The notes beneath the pieces were generated by a model. That model was not told where the DNA came from and made no database searches. It saw only the letters and a list, made by a program, of their open reading frames with translations. Shown piece by piece: positions 28,632 through 42,514 of a stretch of DNA of 64,000 nt. A program made the position numbers and the translations under genes. Each line of letters begins with the position of its first letter. Position 1 is the first letter of the stretch. This stretch comes from Octopus vulgaris (Eukaryota): assembly GCA_951406725.2 (NCBI GenBank), contig OX597832.1, forward strand, positions 64,356,001-64,420,000, written 5' to 3'.

Positions 28632-28663
<32 letters not shown>

Positions 28664-28775
28664 GAAATTCGGGGTGAGTACTTGATAATTATAAGCACCT
28701 GTGTATACCGTTTGGTGGTGTAGGTGGTGGAGAAAATTGATCAAAATAAAATAAAAACATGATGCGAAGGATTCA

Positions 28776-28853
28776 GCGGTACATATGTTTCGGGCCTTTA
28801 TTAGACAGATTTATAACAATGCATAATGTATGTCTGTGGCCTTCTTCAGCCGC
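28776..28853 (-). ncRNA. Type I hammerhead ribozyme in the Naiad 3' end
   Basis: Minus: gcgg CUGAAGA a-ggcc(long AU-rich insert)ggcc-c GAAA C-auau-G UA ccgc. Full core, 4-bp stem I, palindromic CAUAUG stem III, GUA site. Confidence 0.8.
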
Positions 28854-30783
28854 GCACAACAGCTTCCACAAGGACATGTGTTACATCAAAAATTCTTGGT
28901 TGGGGATGCAAATCCTCTCATTCACGTACGACATAATGCGGCAGCAGCATAGAATTGAAGCGTCCATCTCTTTCTTCTCTCAATGTAGAATGAGGAAAAT
29001 TGGATGTTGAGGTAATGTAAATAAATAAATACATATATAGAGGTGAAGATGGAGGGGCGAGAGTTCGGGACGAGGGATAAAAAATGTATAAAAAGTGTAA
29101 GTATAGAATAATATAAAAATGTAGAGGATAAAGATATAAAGAGTTGTAAGGAGATGTAAAGGGGGTATAAAGAAATATAAAGAAATATAAATAAATGTAA
29201 AGGCATAAGGTTATAAAGTAAAAATAGAAATAGAAATAAAAATAAAAGTAAAAAAACCTGATAAAAACATGATAAAAGTGTAAAAGGATGTAAAGATAAG
29301 GGATGCATAGAGGTTACGGACCAAGCATGGTGGTCAGGAGATTGATAAAATTTAGTTGTAGAATTGTCAGTAAATCAACAGTTTCGTCTGGGGACCTAAT
29401 GCGTTGTAAATCAGAGCTGATGAGCATTTAATCTGGTTCCTTGAATTAAATGGACTTCTAGTACATACATATCATCATGGATACATACACCCACATACAC
29501 GCGTACATATACGCCTCCAAGCCTATGAGCATACACACGCATTCGCATGTAAACACGTACATAAACACACACGCACCCACACGCACGCGCGTACACACAC
29601 ATACATACAACAGAATATCCGCATGTATACACGGACATTATACGCGTACACACTCACATGTATATACGCGCGCCCATCACTACATACACACACGTATATG
29701 CCCACGCCTCTAGGTCTAGGTATAAGATATTAAAGGATGTGTATAAGAACGTATGTAAAGAATCCCGTACTCATGTCTATACGTGCACGCACACACGGCT
29801 GTGTGTCCGTATGTGCGTGCACATATACACTCATATAAACACACAGAGACACACGCGCACATGGGTATAGCTATAAGATATCGAAGTATGCATGTACATA
29901 TATGCGCGTGCATATGTATGCATGCGTATACACACGTACGAGGACGCTCGTATAGTCAAAAAGTGGATCCATAGGTAAGTAAATAAACATATATAGAGGT
30001 GTAAAGCGATAAGTTATGGGTAAGAATGAGGGTAAGGGTGAAGATTAGAAATAAAAAATACAGTATAAAATAAGAAATACAATGTAATAGTTAGAAATGA
30101 AATATAAGAATTATAAAAATTATAAGAGTTAAGGTAAGGGATGAAAATAAAAATGAGAATAAATGGAAGTAGAATAAAAGTAAAAATAAAATTAAAAATA
30201 AAAATAAATGGAAGTAGGATAAAAGTAAAAATAAAAGTAAAAATAAAAATAAAAATAAAATAAAATAAGATAAAAATATAATTTGGTAAAGTTTAACATG
30301 AGATGAAGGTGGTTGAAAGTTAGAGGTGTGTGTTAAACGTAGGGGCGGGCGGGGGAACTGAAAATTGGAAGGGTGGGAAGTGGAGTTTGGCGGTGTGCGT
30401 TCAACATCCGAGTTAGAAATGTGAAAGGGTATAGATATAGGGAATTAAAGAGACTACATAGGGAGGATATGGGTGTAGGAGAAGAAATATTTAGGGAAAA
30501 GAAATATTTAGGGAAAAGAAGTCATATATGGGAGACAAAATTTGTATATATAGGAGGAAAATGCAGGGAACCGTATATGCACATACACACACCCACACAC
30601 ACACACACACGCACATGTACATATATATATATATATATGTACACATACGTACACGTATGTGCACATACATACGCACACACACACACGTACACATATACAT
30701 GCACATATAGGAAAGCGGGATGTGCTGGAGCCGACAGGTTGCACCGGGTGGGAGGAAATTGCATGGGGGAGTTGGTATAAGAC

Positions 30784-33227
30784 CTAAGCATTGTAGTATT
30801 TGAAAGTATTAATAAGTTTATGTATACAGGATGGTTTGAACTCTGACCTTTTGTTAATAAGATTGTGTTTGTCTTTGAATTTCAAGATGTTCAGGAGTTC
30901 CACACAACATAGTTGGCATCCTGCTCTATTATTTAAATAAGGTGCAGCTGATCCGATGATGGACCATCTGAGTTTGAAGCCTATGCATTTGTCTTTTAAT
31001 TCCCAAATTCTTTTAGAGAGGGAGGTGCTGTTAGCCTTATGTCTGTGTCTCAGCGAGGACCGGTGGTTGTAGTATCTGGATTTCCAGGAGGTTGAGCAAC
31101 CAATATAGGTGAGTGTGTTAAACTGAGTACTCACCTCACATGAGTATATTACGTTTTTCGCCCTACATGCGCCCTGCAGCGGGCATTCTGATGCACATCT
31201 GCAGTTGCATTGCATTGCATTATTCGGTCGTGTGCTGCTAATCCCAGGTGGAGGTGTTGCAATACGAGTGGGGGCGTTGGTATCCTCCTGGTTGTTGATG
31301 GGTGTAGTATTTCCTCTGTTGTGTTGGCGGGTGTTATTACTAACTGTTTGGGTAGTATGGCTGCCAGTCTGGTTATATTGTCTACTGTCTAGATGAGGGG
31401 GGTTCTGTTGGTCGCTATGGTTTGCTCTTGATCTAGCTGTTCTAATATTAATATAGTTATGTTTAGCTATGAGGCAGCTCATGTTGGGCAGGGTGGAGTA
31501 GGAGATCCTAATAGTTTTGTTGGAGAAGATACTTCTATACTTGTGGGTGGGTGGGAAGTTGTTGGAAATTATAGAGAATATTCTCTTACATAACTTACCC
31601 CTAACTGCTAAGTTGAAAGGTATGTTGAACCATATATATTTGCGTAATCTGCTATTATCCCTTCTATTTCTCCTAATGGGATCTATATTGCTCTCGTCGG
31701 GAGGGTTACTATTGTGTGCTATTCTATTAGTTCGCCTATTTCCTATACGTTGTTTGGAGTTTAAATTAGAATTATCGCTAGTGTGAGTTGAGTGCTGAGT
31801 TCGATTATAATTGGGAGTCTTATGGCCGACGGACGCTCCCGGGTGGTCTACATATGATATTCTCTGGTTATACCCGGCACTATAGAGAGCCTGGTTGTAG
31901 TGTTGTGCATGATTATTGAAAATTTCTCTATTAGAGGATAGTTTTGTCAGTCTGTCTGAGATGGCTTGGACCGTGGTGCTAATTATACAGGGTGGATGGT
32001 TGGAAGAGGTATGGATGTATTTGGTAGTTTCTTCGGGTTTCCTATACGGGTGGTGAAGGTGCTTATTCAAATCTAACGTAACATCTAAGAAGTTTACTAT
32101 TTTAGTATTGGTCATAAATTCTAGTTTAAGATTGAAGGATTTGAAAAAAAGCCTGATCTTTTTCCTAATTCTTTCTAGTTTACTCCTATTGTTGGTGGGG
32201 TATATGAAGAGAGCGTCATCTCTGTATAGACCCCCCTGAAGATCCGGTACCTCGGAGAAAAGCTTCTTGAGCAGGTAGGCCCCGACCAAGTCAGTCACCT
32301 GAGCTGAATCGCTCGAGCCCATAGCCACATCGAAATTGTCGGGGGTATCGGATCTGGTCCAGAGTCTACCGTCGAATTCTATTATGGTTTTTCTAGCTAA
32401 TAGAATTATGTCAATTTTTCTCTGTCTATGAGTGAAAGGTTGCGGGCAAAAATAAGGGATTTGTTAAGTAAGATGGGGGATATACTGGCGTAGTAGCTAG
32501 CTATGTCGAATTGGATGAATGAGTAGTCGGGCCTATTGGTGATAGTGTTAAACCATTCTAGCACATCGTCGGTGTTAATCCATAGTTGGAGTGGGATGTG
32601 GGGTTTGATGTGTGGGATCACCTTGTCCAGGATAGTCTTGCTAAGTCTGCCGATATCCGATTTACTCGGACAGATTAATCGTACTCCTACACTATCTGGG
32701 AAGTCTTTCTCATGGTCTTTAATAGTAATTTTGGGTACTTGTGGTTTAATAGGTTCTGTTCTGTCCAGGAGGTCTAATTTGCTCATAACTTCCTTGATTT
32801 TGTAGTTAATTTCCTTAAGTTTATCCGTAGAAGTAGTTTTATACTTTTTGCTAAGTTCCCTCATGATGAGCGATTTGTAGGTTTGGTAGTCTAGCCTATA
32901 CCAGTTCCCAGTCTTGTCGGCGGGTATGATAAGACTATCATCGTTCCTAAGTGAATGCAGGAAATCTTTAAGGCTCCTTAAGTGGGTGTTGGAAATGGTC
33001 TTATGTTTACTAATGTTGATGTTGGTAATGAGGTCGATTAAGTCTTTTTCAAAATTTTCCAGTGCGTAGTTAGAGGGTGGGTTTCTTCTGCTTTTAAATA
33101 TCTTCCTGTGTGCTATTTCTTCTTGGTTAGAGTTGGGGTTGCTTTTCTCCGGGTTATCGAAATGGTAGGCCGCCCACCTGATTCTTCTAATAAAGTCTGT
33201 GGTCCGGTGGATGAGAGTCGTCGTGTA
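30784..33227 (-). pseudogene. Naiad PLE polyprotein ORF (RT + GIY-YIG endonuclease) with one frameshift and the extreme N-terminus missing
   Basis: ORF-track pieces 32406..32864 and 30784..32328, plus an in-frame upstream extension to ~33227. Catalytic YRDD and the VIY/YIG motifs are intact. Confidence 0.88.
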
Positions 33228-33317
33228 AGTTTATATATATATATATACATGTATATATATATACATATATATGTGTGTATATGTGTACATGTAAATATGT
33301 AAATACATACATATACA

Positions 33318-33405
<88 letters not shown>

Positions 33406-33683
33406 CATATATATATGTATACACAAACAGACATATACTATTGAAAAGGTTCCAAGACGCAACGAAAATTTTAGAAAAATAAAATAAGAAATTAGTGGAA
33501 ATTTTACCGGTGAATGTGTTAAATTATAAGGCACTAAAAGAGAATGAAACTCCCTAGACACAACACAAACTATATATATTTATATAAATAGTTTTAATAT
33601 TCATAACTGACAATATTTGATCTCATTGCATAATATAGCATATATAGTGTTATGTATATAGGTATATATATGTATGTGAATGC

Positions 33684-33731
<48 letters not shown>

Positions 33732-33859
33732 GATTATGAATTTGTTTAGCAAGATTCCTGATGTGAATTAAATCGATGTTGAAACAGATTTCGTTATATT
33801 TCGGGATGGTCATTGTTTTCTTTTTCTTGCCAAATAAACACACGCCCTATATATTCGAT

Positions 33860-34412
33860 CTTCACATGTTTATTAATATTGTCCTTATTCCATACCGTTT
33901 GTCTGAAATCTTTCGTCACACACCTGTGACCTCCTCAGTGACTCTCCATGTCACGTGTTTCCGCTTGATCTATTTAGTCCATTTTGTCTTTCTATGATAT
34001 ATATCGTTATCTGTGCATACGGTTCCGTCTGTATCTGTGTGTGTGCCCGCGCGTGTTCGTTCTTTCGCGTGTGTACGTATCGCAATCTCTTCTGTATATG
34101 TTTTATGTGTGTGTGCATGGGTTTGTTTACTATACTGTTTGTATCCATAACCTTTATTTATTTATTTACTTAATTATTTGTTTACTTATCTCTCTTCCCC
34201 CCATTTCATCTTAAGTATATATCAGTGTGTATTTTGTATGTGTGTGTAGATGGGTTTATACATCATGCCGTTTGTACCTGTTAGTTTTCCCTCCCATTCT
34301 GTCTTTAGTCGACATGTTGCGTAGTGTGGTGGTGGGGTGGTGTTTCTGTTCTATTCGTGTTTTCTGTTGAAGCTCGGTCTGTATATTACCATGTGTGTGC
34401 CCTCTGTAAGCT
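33860..34412 (-). mobile_element. 3' fragment of a second Penelope-like element (GIY-YIG C-terminus, 3' UTR, hammerhead)
   Basis: Minus from ~34412 reads QLTEGTHMVIYRPSFNRKHE*, matching the PLE 'E..HI....P.LN' end. It is followed by a hammerhead at 33901-33942 and AATAAA near 33870. Confidence 0.6.
33901..33942 (-). ncRNA. Type I hammerhead-like motif
   Basis: Minus: guca CUGAGGA g-gucac(aggugu)gugac GAAA gauu UC agac. Core intact, 5-bp stem II; stem I has one A-A mismatch at the first pair. Confidence 0.65.
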
Positions 34413-34414
34413 GT

Positions 34415-34784
34415 CCTGATACCTTGCGATTTTTTTTCTCTGTGGGCTATGTGAAGGTCCTGGTCTATGTCTCCCCTCTTCCTGCACACCTAGAGGAACT
34501 CGAACAGTGAATCACCACCGCAGTGGAGACTGTTAACCAAGACATGCTGCAGAGTGTTTGGGAGAAACTGGACTACCGACTTGATGTGTACCGTGTCTCA
34601 GGCGGTGCGCATATTGATCATTTGTGAAATCGTTCATGGAATCCACATACCTTTGAATTTCTCATTCAAATTTGGACGAATAAATCTTATGTTGCTCAGC
34701 ATTAAACCTGTTTAGTTTCATTTGCTTTGTAGTTTCTGTGATATTCACATCTCAAATGATATCAATTGTTTTTTAAACACCCTG
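34415..34784 (+). mobile_element. Tc1/mariner transposase C-terminal fragment plus right TIR
   Basis: PD..CDFFLWGYVK..VY..P...LEEL...ITTAVETVNQDMLQSVWEKLDYRLDVYRVSGGAHIDHL*; ends aaacaccctg|TA. Confidence 0.85.
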
Positions 34785-35670
34785 TATAATAATTTAATTT
34801 AGACAAATGTGTGCAATGTTTTACCAAAAAGGAAATCTATAATTATCACTAAATACATATATGTATATATAAATACAGGCATATATGTGCCTATATACAT
34901 GCAGATGTTTTTACACAGACGCTCACACACGTATACACATACAAGGAAGTATATATGTATATGAAAACATACAATATATTTGTATATAGTATGCATATGT
35001 TTGTGTATTTATCTCACAAATCATATATATAATATATGTGAGTTCCTATATACACATTTCTGCTTGTGTACGTGCAAGTGTCCTATGCGGAAAATATTGA
35101 AGAGATTTCTACGAACGGTGCCACTAACATTAATGTTGAAAGTTAAATTCATTAAAGACTTTAGGCAATCTGAAAGATTTAGTTATAATGCCGATCTGAG
35201 TATGTTCAATAAGGAATTACGGACGTTACTAATCCAATCCGATTGTCCTCAAAGCCCTTACCTTTTGATTAAGTGTTGCCACATGCTTAATAAATTGGCC
35301 GCTAATCTTCACTTAAATATTTCATTTTTTAATTAAATGTATATTTCCCATTGCACATTATTATTATTTTTTTTATTATTATTATTATTATTGTTGTTGT
35401 TGTTGTTGTTGTTGTTAGTATTGGTGTTGTTGTTATTGTTGCTGTTGTTGATATCATCACCATCATCATCATCTTCATCACCATTATTCGTTATTAACGA
35501 CGGACGCAGTATTCCTTTGGAATGGCATTTTGTGTACGTTACTCAATGTGGATATATCGTAAGATAGTTACACCATTGTGGTATTCCCCTATACGAGTTG
35601 CTTTCTCATCACAAATACATCAGTGTTCAGGCTTTTCTTACGATAAACCCACATTATGTAAAATACACAA

Positions 35671-35727
<57 letters not shown>

Positions 35728-35731
35728 GTTA

Positions 35732-35799
<68 letters not shown>

Positions 35800-35802
35800 G
35801 CT

Positions 35803-36270
35803 GAGGGTGGTAAGGTGGCAGAATGGTTACATCCCGGATGAAATGCATAACGGTATTTCGTCGGTCGCTACGTTTTGAGTTCAAATTCCCCCAAGGTCGA
35901 CTTTGATTTTTATCATTCGGGGTCGACAAGTACCAGTTACGCACTGGGGTCGATGTAATCGATTATCTCCCTCCTCCAAATTTCAGACCTTGTGCCTATA
36001 GTAGAAAGGATTATTACTATTAATGATGCACCACGGGGCATCACGGCCATATTTAAGGCGTTGGACTGACAGAATCGCCGGACAAAATGCTAAGCGGCAT
36101 TTCATCCGTCTTTAGGTCCTGAATTCAAATTCCTCCGAGATCGACTTTAACTGTCATCCTTTCGGGGTCGGTAGATTTCGTACCAGTCATGTACAGGCGT
36201 CGATGTGATTGACTTACCCCACTTCCTATAAATTTAAGGCTTCGTGCTTATAGTAGTAAAGATTATTATT
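35803..36270 (+). mobile_element. Two tandem SINE family B copies (another at 37472-37625)
   Basis: tggcagaatggtta..gagttcaaattcc..ggtcgacttt..cggggtcg..gtaccag..gccttgtgcctatagtagaaaggattatt. Confidence 0.85.
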
Positions 36271-36630
36271 ACGTCTGCCTCAGGCGGCAGTACTGTTTTC
36301 AATCGTGTTTGTTTGTTTGTCTGTGGACAAGATATCTCAAGAACTGCTGGATGGATTCGGATGAAACTTTCAGGGATGTATGACCTCGTGACTGACACGA
36401 ACTGATTTTGGGATCGATCCGGTACTGGACAAGGATTCTGGATTATTTTTCCTTTTTTTTTTTGGCTTAATTTTTGAGAGTTGTCGGACTCATTTTTAGC
36501 ATTCTCGTGTGTGAGAGCAGTCGAGTTTATTTCAGATATTCCTATTTTAAAAATAATCTCCGGCTAAACGTTGAGAGAACGTTGGTGGTGCCTTGGGGGA
36601 GGTTTGCACTCTCTGAGTCCTTTTGCTTCT
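36268..36630 (+). mobile_element. Helentron-associated non-autonomous element (HINE/DINE-like)
   Basis: Subterminal inverted repeat attacgtctgcctcagg ... ccttgggggagg, a (GTTT)n block, 'ggattcggatgaaacttt' and a 3' stem gcactctctgagtcc. Confidence 0.65.
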
Positions 36631-36812
36631 CAGAACGATCGGTCTTGTTTGCACTGCTTGATTCTGTGAGAGCGGACAGCAGCCTGCTGTCAGCGGTCTC
36701 GCAGGATCTCTTTCCGCAAATTATAGGCTTTGGTACTTGGTTGTTAATTATCGCGGGAGACATTCAACATCCGAGTACCAATCTCAAAATCCTAACTGCC
36801 CCAGTTAAGATC

Positions 36813-36877
<65 letters not shown>

Positions 36878-36878
<1 letters not shown>

Positions 36879-37401
36879 GAGTGAGAGAGCAGTGCATGCC
36901 ATCAAAGTGAAACTGGGGTAAAATATACGAAGCCCAATATACCCATCATGACTACCCGTCTGATAAGGGTACACCAGGCACATGCATCACAACCATATGT
37001 GCGCGACATGGTGATCTCATATCAAGATAAACAGCACATGACCTTGCAGGTGGGGCCCAGTTAGAATTTTCTTCAGGTTGAGTAGCCCATCCCATTCAAA
37101 AGGTCCCTGAATAAGGGTTGTTTAAGGATGTTGAAAGAACCACCCATGTTTCCAGAGGTGAATTATTCAAACCCCAAAGAATCCCTCTCAACACATGGCT
37201 ATGATGCTCCCCCACTACTTCTGCTCGTGATCAGAGATGCACATATCGTCAGCCACTAAGGGACATGCTCAACTGGTTAAGGTCAAACAACTGACAAGCA
37301 AATCTGTGGTATTGAGCAGAATATTTGCCGTAGCCCATCTTTTATACTAAGACAAAACAATGTACATGATAACACTTCCAATCAGTTAAGATCAGAAGCC
37401 A

Positions 37402-37403
<2 letters not shown>
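36878..37403 (-). mobile_element. Dong/R4-like 3' UTR, copy 2 (about 60 bp longer at the 5' end)
   Basis: Same 3' end and (AAT)n tail as 6644-7110 but a different 5' truncation point; flanked by (TTA)n. Confidence 0.7.
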
Positions 37404-37469
<66 letters not shown>

Positions 37470-37692
37470 TTAAGGTGGTGGTCTGGCCGAATCGTTAGCA
37501 TGGAGGGCAAATGTTATTTGTTGCATTTTGTCTGCCTTTGCGTTCTGAGTTAAAATTCCGCCGAGGTCGATTTTGTCTTTCATCCTTTCGGGGTCGATGA
37601 CATAAGTTAAAGCCTTGTTCCTATATTCTTCTTCTTCTTAAGATGATGATGATGATGTTAAACGAAGATTAACTCTCTTTCTCTTATTTATC

Positions 37693-37731
<39 letters not shown>

Positions 37732-38427
37732 AGATATAGAGCGTAGTCAATCAGTTTCTCTACACATAAAATATTCCAGATGGTATAGTATCGTAAGATA
37801 AATCGATTTCTGTCTGAATAAGTGTTTGATATCTATCTTCATATGGATTAGAAATATTAGTATTTGAATAGTATGAGACAACGTTTATTACATTACGAAT
37901 ATTTCCCCTTTCCAAATTATTTATGATATTTAATAGTTAGCCCCATCTTGTTATCGTCTGTTCTTTTAGTCAACCGATCAATTGTAGTTAGGAAAGAGAA
38001 GTTTTAATTTTAAATTAATTTTGATTTTATTCCCAAGATGTAATCGTTCTCAAATTTCGTTTGCCAAAATTATCTGCCCTTTATATGTTAATAGGCCACC
38101 AGAAGGAGCCTTTTGTTCCCACTAAACATTTAAAGACATCCTCTTTGTTAAAAGAAATTATTTCTTCACTACAATAGTTTGTATAAAATTTATTGTTATA
38201 TTTTCCTCTATTTTTAACCCGTGTCCAGATCCTTCCTTACTAATAGAATGTATGTATTCCTGTTTTAAATATATTCCATCTTAATTACTTCATATAATAT
38301 TTTATCTGTCTTTAAATGTCAATTACGTCTTTGCTATAAATATTGTTTATGATTTTAGCAATTTAACAGATTTAAAATATTTTATATTTCCACTTAAATT
38401 CCCATATAAGATTATATTTTTTACTGC

Positions 38428-38793
38428 TTACTTGAATTAGTCTTTGAGCTGCAGCCATGCTGGGGTACCGGCTTGCGGGATTTGTTAAACAGATCGCCCC
38501 CAGCATTTAGTTTGCCAAACTGCTAGGTTACAGTGACGTAGACAAGCCGAGAAAAGTTGTGAAGCGAAGTTGGGAAAAGACAGACATACAGACAAATACA
38601 CACATACACATACATACGACGGGTTTCCACACAGTTTCCGTCTAACAAGTTCACCTACAAAGCATTGGTCGAACCCGGACTATAACAAAGGATCCTTTCC
38701 GAGTGCCACACACTGGAACTGAAACCGCATGGCTACAGTGGTTACAATGCGAACTTCTTTACCACGAAGTTCTTAACCACAAAGCCATGCCTG
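38428..38793 (-). mobile_element. SINE family A, diverged copy
   Basis: ctgcagccatgctggggtacc, cgacgggtttcc..cagtttccgtcta, accacaaagccatgcctg. Confidence 0.7.
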
Positions 38794-39859
38794 TGACTGA
38801 GAATTGTATATAAGCAAATTTATCACAAAATCTCGTTCAAAACGAATTTATCGCTCTTTATGACTTTATGTTAAATAATTCTAAGGAATAAGGTATCCGA
38901 TGCTGCTCTGGCGGATTAGGTTAAAAAAAGCCAAATTGTTCTCGTAACGTTCTCGTTGTTGAAGTACCAGAACTTTTTAAGCAATGTTTTCCCACCCGTC
39001 TCGGCCTTAGAGACTTTGAATATATGTATTCGCCTCTTTCTCCAACCTTTCGTGAGGAACGCCACAAATATCAATCCGGGCCACGAAATTGCATATCCAG
39101 ATGCCTTCTATTCAAGTGTTCCATTGACTTTGTAATCCCGTAGGACCCAAATCTTCTTTAGGACAAGAATGCCATTAACTCCCAAAAGAGAAGAGCCACC
39201 TACGACACGTTTTGTTTTGTTCGCCAAGCAATGTTAGTTAGAAGCTGCGTCTTCAGACATCGAACTTCAGCATATAGTACTGGATTCCGCCGTCACCAAT
39301 TGCAATTTCAGCCGATAATGGAAACAGCCCTGTCGTGCCAAAGCCATTCATTTTACTATTATTTTCGATAGGATTATCATAAAAACATGATTATTTCAAA
39401 AGGACTAGTTTAAATTACCTTATCATATAACTAGTAATATAACTAATTAAAACACAAACTTACAATTAAAGCAGCCAAAATTATAATTAGTTAATTACTA
39501 TAACATCGCTGGTGTCTCATTTATAAAAAGATCTTATAGCTAAAAAAAACAGCTCTTTACAAATATAATTCTCCCTTTGTTTTAAATCTTAGATAATATT
39601 TTCAAGTTAATATATATATTAAACCTACGACCTACTCATAACCACTCTTACTTAATTAAACATTATTACTATAGTCTTTTTAAAGTTAATTAAACATACT
39701 CGTGTTTGTTTTTCTTTCAAACTGTATCCAATTTTGTATTCTTTACGCTTATCGGTTGCTGATGGTACATCTATTTTGCTGAAGTTCCTCGTATTCCCCA
39801 ACAATACTTGCCTTTCACCTTCATCCCAGGCTTTATACGATTGTTTGTATGTCTGTCTG

Positions 39860-39991
39860 TATGTATGTCTGTCTATGCATGTATGTATGTATGTATGTAT
39901 GTATGTATGTATGTATGTATGTATGTATGTATGTATGTATGTATGTATGTATGTATGCATGTATGTATGTATCTATCTATCTTTATATCTC

Positions 39992-40065
<74 letters not shown>

Positions 40066-40072
40066 ATCTATC

Positions 40073-40149
<77 letters not shown>

Positions 40150-40158
40150 GTCTGTCTA

Positions 40159-40205
<47 letters not shown>

Positions 40206-40211
40206 ATCAAT

Positions 40212-40299
<88 letters not shown>

Positions 40300-40320
40300 G
40301 TGTGTGTGTGTGTGTGTGTG
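39860..40320. repeat. Compound (ATGT)n/(ATCT)n/(GTCT)n/(GT)n microsatellite
   Basis: Direct inspection; similar arrays at 21194-21512 and 57596-57695. Confidence 0.97.
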
Positions 40321-41738
40321 TTTGTATTTTGTATGTACATAATAATGAAATGTTTTGCGGATTGAAGCTGCACACATTTTTGAAGTGATATATTTATCTT
40401 AGAAAACACATGCACAAACACGCACAAATACGCGCAAACACCCACACACACATACACACAATATTTATATGTACTTATATGTGTATAGGCTTGTATATGT
40501 GTACATATATACATACACATACGTATGTGTACGCATATATATATATATATATATTTATGCAAACAAACATAAATACACCTATAGTATATACATATTTACA
40601 GCCTACATACACACATGCTAAAACATAAATATATTTCGTATTATCATTTACATCATTCAGCTACAGCTACTTGTCACCAATTAGAATAGACGAGAGCCAT
40701 TCAGAGAAGAGCTGAGAATGTTGAGTGCGTCGAGAAAACAAAACCAAAAATCCAACCAACAAACAAAAAACCTATTTAACTTCTTTCTTCAACACACTCG
40801 ATGCCAACTTGAGAAACAATATTCTTCATTGATGATGTCCAATGTTATATCTTGTGTGTGTGTGTTTTTCTTTGTGTGTGTGAAATTTGTTTTATGTTCG
40901 GGTTTTTTTCCTAAAGAGGTTCCATGAACTTCAGAAGAGTGCCATTGAGATTTCTATTCACAAGATTTGTATATTTAGAGAAGAAAAAAGAGAAATGCTT
41001 GTTTTCTTAAGCGAAAACATATTGAATGTTATATTTTAGAAAAATTTACAAATGTTAACGCATATTGTTTTTAAATTGAAGATATTCAAGCAAATAAATA
41101 TATAATTTTTAGATATTGTTTTTATCTTGTTTTCCTTTCATCTAAATAAATAAATTGTTTGTTTATTTAAATACGTAACTATCTGTCGTCTGTTTATCTA
41201 TCTATCAATTATGTATATATCCATCTTTCTGGCTATATGTCTGTCTGCCTGTCCGAATGTATGCCTATCGATACATCTTCTCACCTGTCTTCTAAAAAGT
41301 ATATCTAATTTGTTCATCCATCTTTTTATTCATCCATCCATCCAGCTAGCCGTTCGTCTATATGTCTGTGACTTCTTCTATGCAGTTATACATGTATCCA
41401 CACAATATGCATCTATATATTCACTTACTATACGTGTGCGTATGCGTGCACGTCTGATTGTATACTATGTACAATACACTACGCAATGGTGCATCTAAAT
41501 ATATTCTACAAACCGCTTCCCATCTTTCCGGACTCGATAAAATAAGTACCAATCAAATACTGGCTTCGAAGTAACCGATTCCACCCTCTTTAAAATCTGC
41601 TTACCCTGTCCCAAAATTGGAAACAATTATTAAGGAACAGATGGAGTGAGCCACCATGAGGGAAAGGATCCCGGATGAATTGTAAGTTATTGTCGGTAAC
41701 TTCAAGTAGGTGTGAAAGGATAATTAGTTGGAGGAAAG

Positions 41739-42128
41739 CAGGGATGTTCCGCCTGGGTAGGCAAGGTAGCCAAGTGCCTATCCTGAATGAAATTGATCAA
41801 TAGTTACATTTTCCTTTTATGGCAAAACATGCACCTAATTCAATAAAATTATAAAGGTTACTCTGATTACTATGCATTTCATTTTGTGAGTAGATTAGGT
41901 AGGCATAATTCGCCCCTGCTTTTCATTCTTAGTATTTAAGCTACGCATAGTGCTTCTGTAGTACAAGTGCTGCGTACTTTCCTACAAGAATGTTTTCTTT
42001 ACGGGCTATAAAGGTAGAAGTCAATCTGCCTTCAATGCGCCTGTGATCGCGTATTTTTTGTGCGTATGTTTTACTACATAAACGTCACCAACTGCCTACC
42101 CTGAGTAATTACTCACGGCACGTGCCTG
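41739..42128. mobile_element. hAT-type MITE
   Basis: TIRs cagggatgttccg and cggcacgtgcctg, internal gggtaggca/tgcctaccc repeats, and a degenerate 8-bp TSD (gaggaaag / aagtaaag). Confidence 0.65.
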
Positions 42129-42381
42129 AAGTAAAGGAAATGGTAGCCAAATCCATTGCACCAACTATGTATTTTACTCATATGATGATAAAACCTATCT
42201 GTATGTAATCTTGGTAAAGTAATTGACTCAAGTCAATTATTTTGAGTGAACCAAACGAATCGCTTGATATGCGGCGAAACGAACTTGAATCCTTTGAATG
42301 CGTATTCCATTCCGCTATATAATCGATGAGACGGAAATAAGCTTTTCAGGAATAGCATTTGTGTGTGTGTTTGGTTTTGTT

Positions 42382-42427
<46 letters not shown>

Positions 42428-42449
42428 TATATATTAGTGTGTGTATAAA

Positions 42450-42514
<65 letters not shown>

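Larger units (their letters stand above)
28663..33230 (-). mobile_element. Penelope-like element, Naiad type (RT plus C-terminal GIY-YIG), near full length, with ~2.1 kb 3' region containing a hammerhead
   Basis: The frame from ~33227 reads [23 protein letters not shown]...IIPADKTGNWY..., then FDIASYYASI, one frameshift near 32410, then FDVAMGSSDSAQ..GLYRDD..FLDV..CNCRCASECPLQGAC..VIY..YIG..CQLCCVE..NKRSE..CIH. Both ends abut (TA)n. Confidence 0.92.

Noticed and set aside
29378-29462. CUGAUGA plus catttaat/attaaatg hairpin (plus) and gacGAAAC (minus) as a hammerhead or SECIS
   Set aside because: Neither strand has both core halves in register; no apical AA or proper GA quartet.
30784-32328. 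Selenoprotein-type Naiad (in-frame UGA plus SECIS, reported for some Naiads)
   Set aside because: The conserved Cys positions translate as Cys with no in-frame UGA, and I found no convincing SECIS on the element strand.
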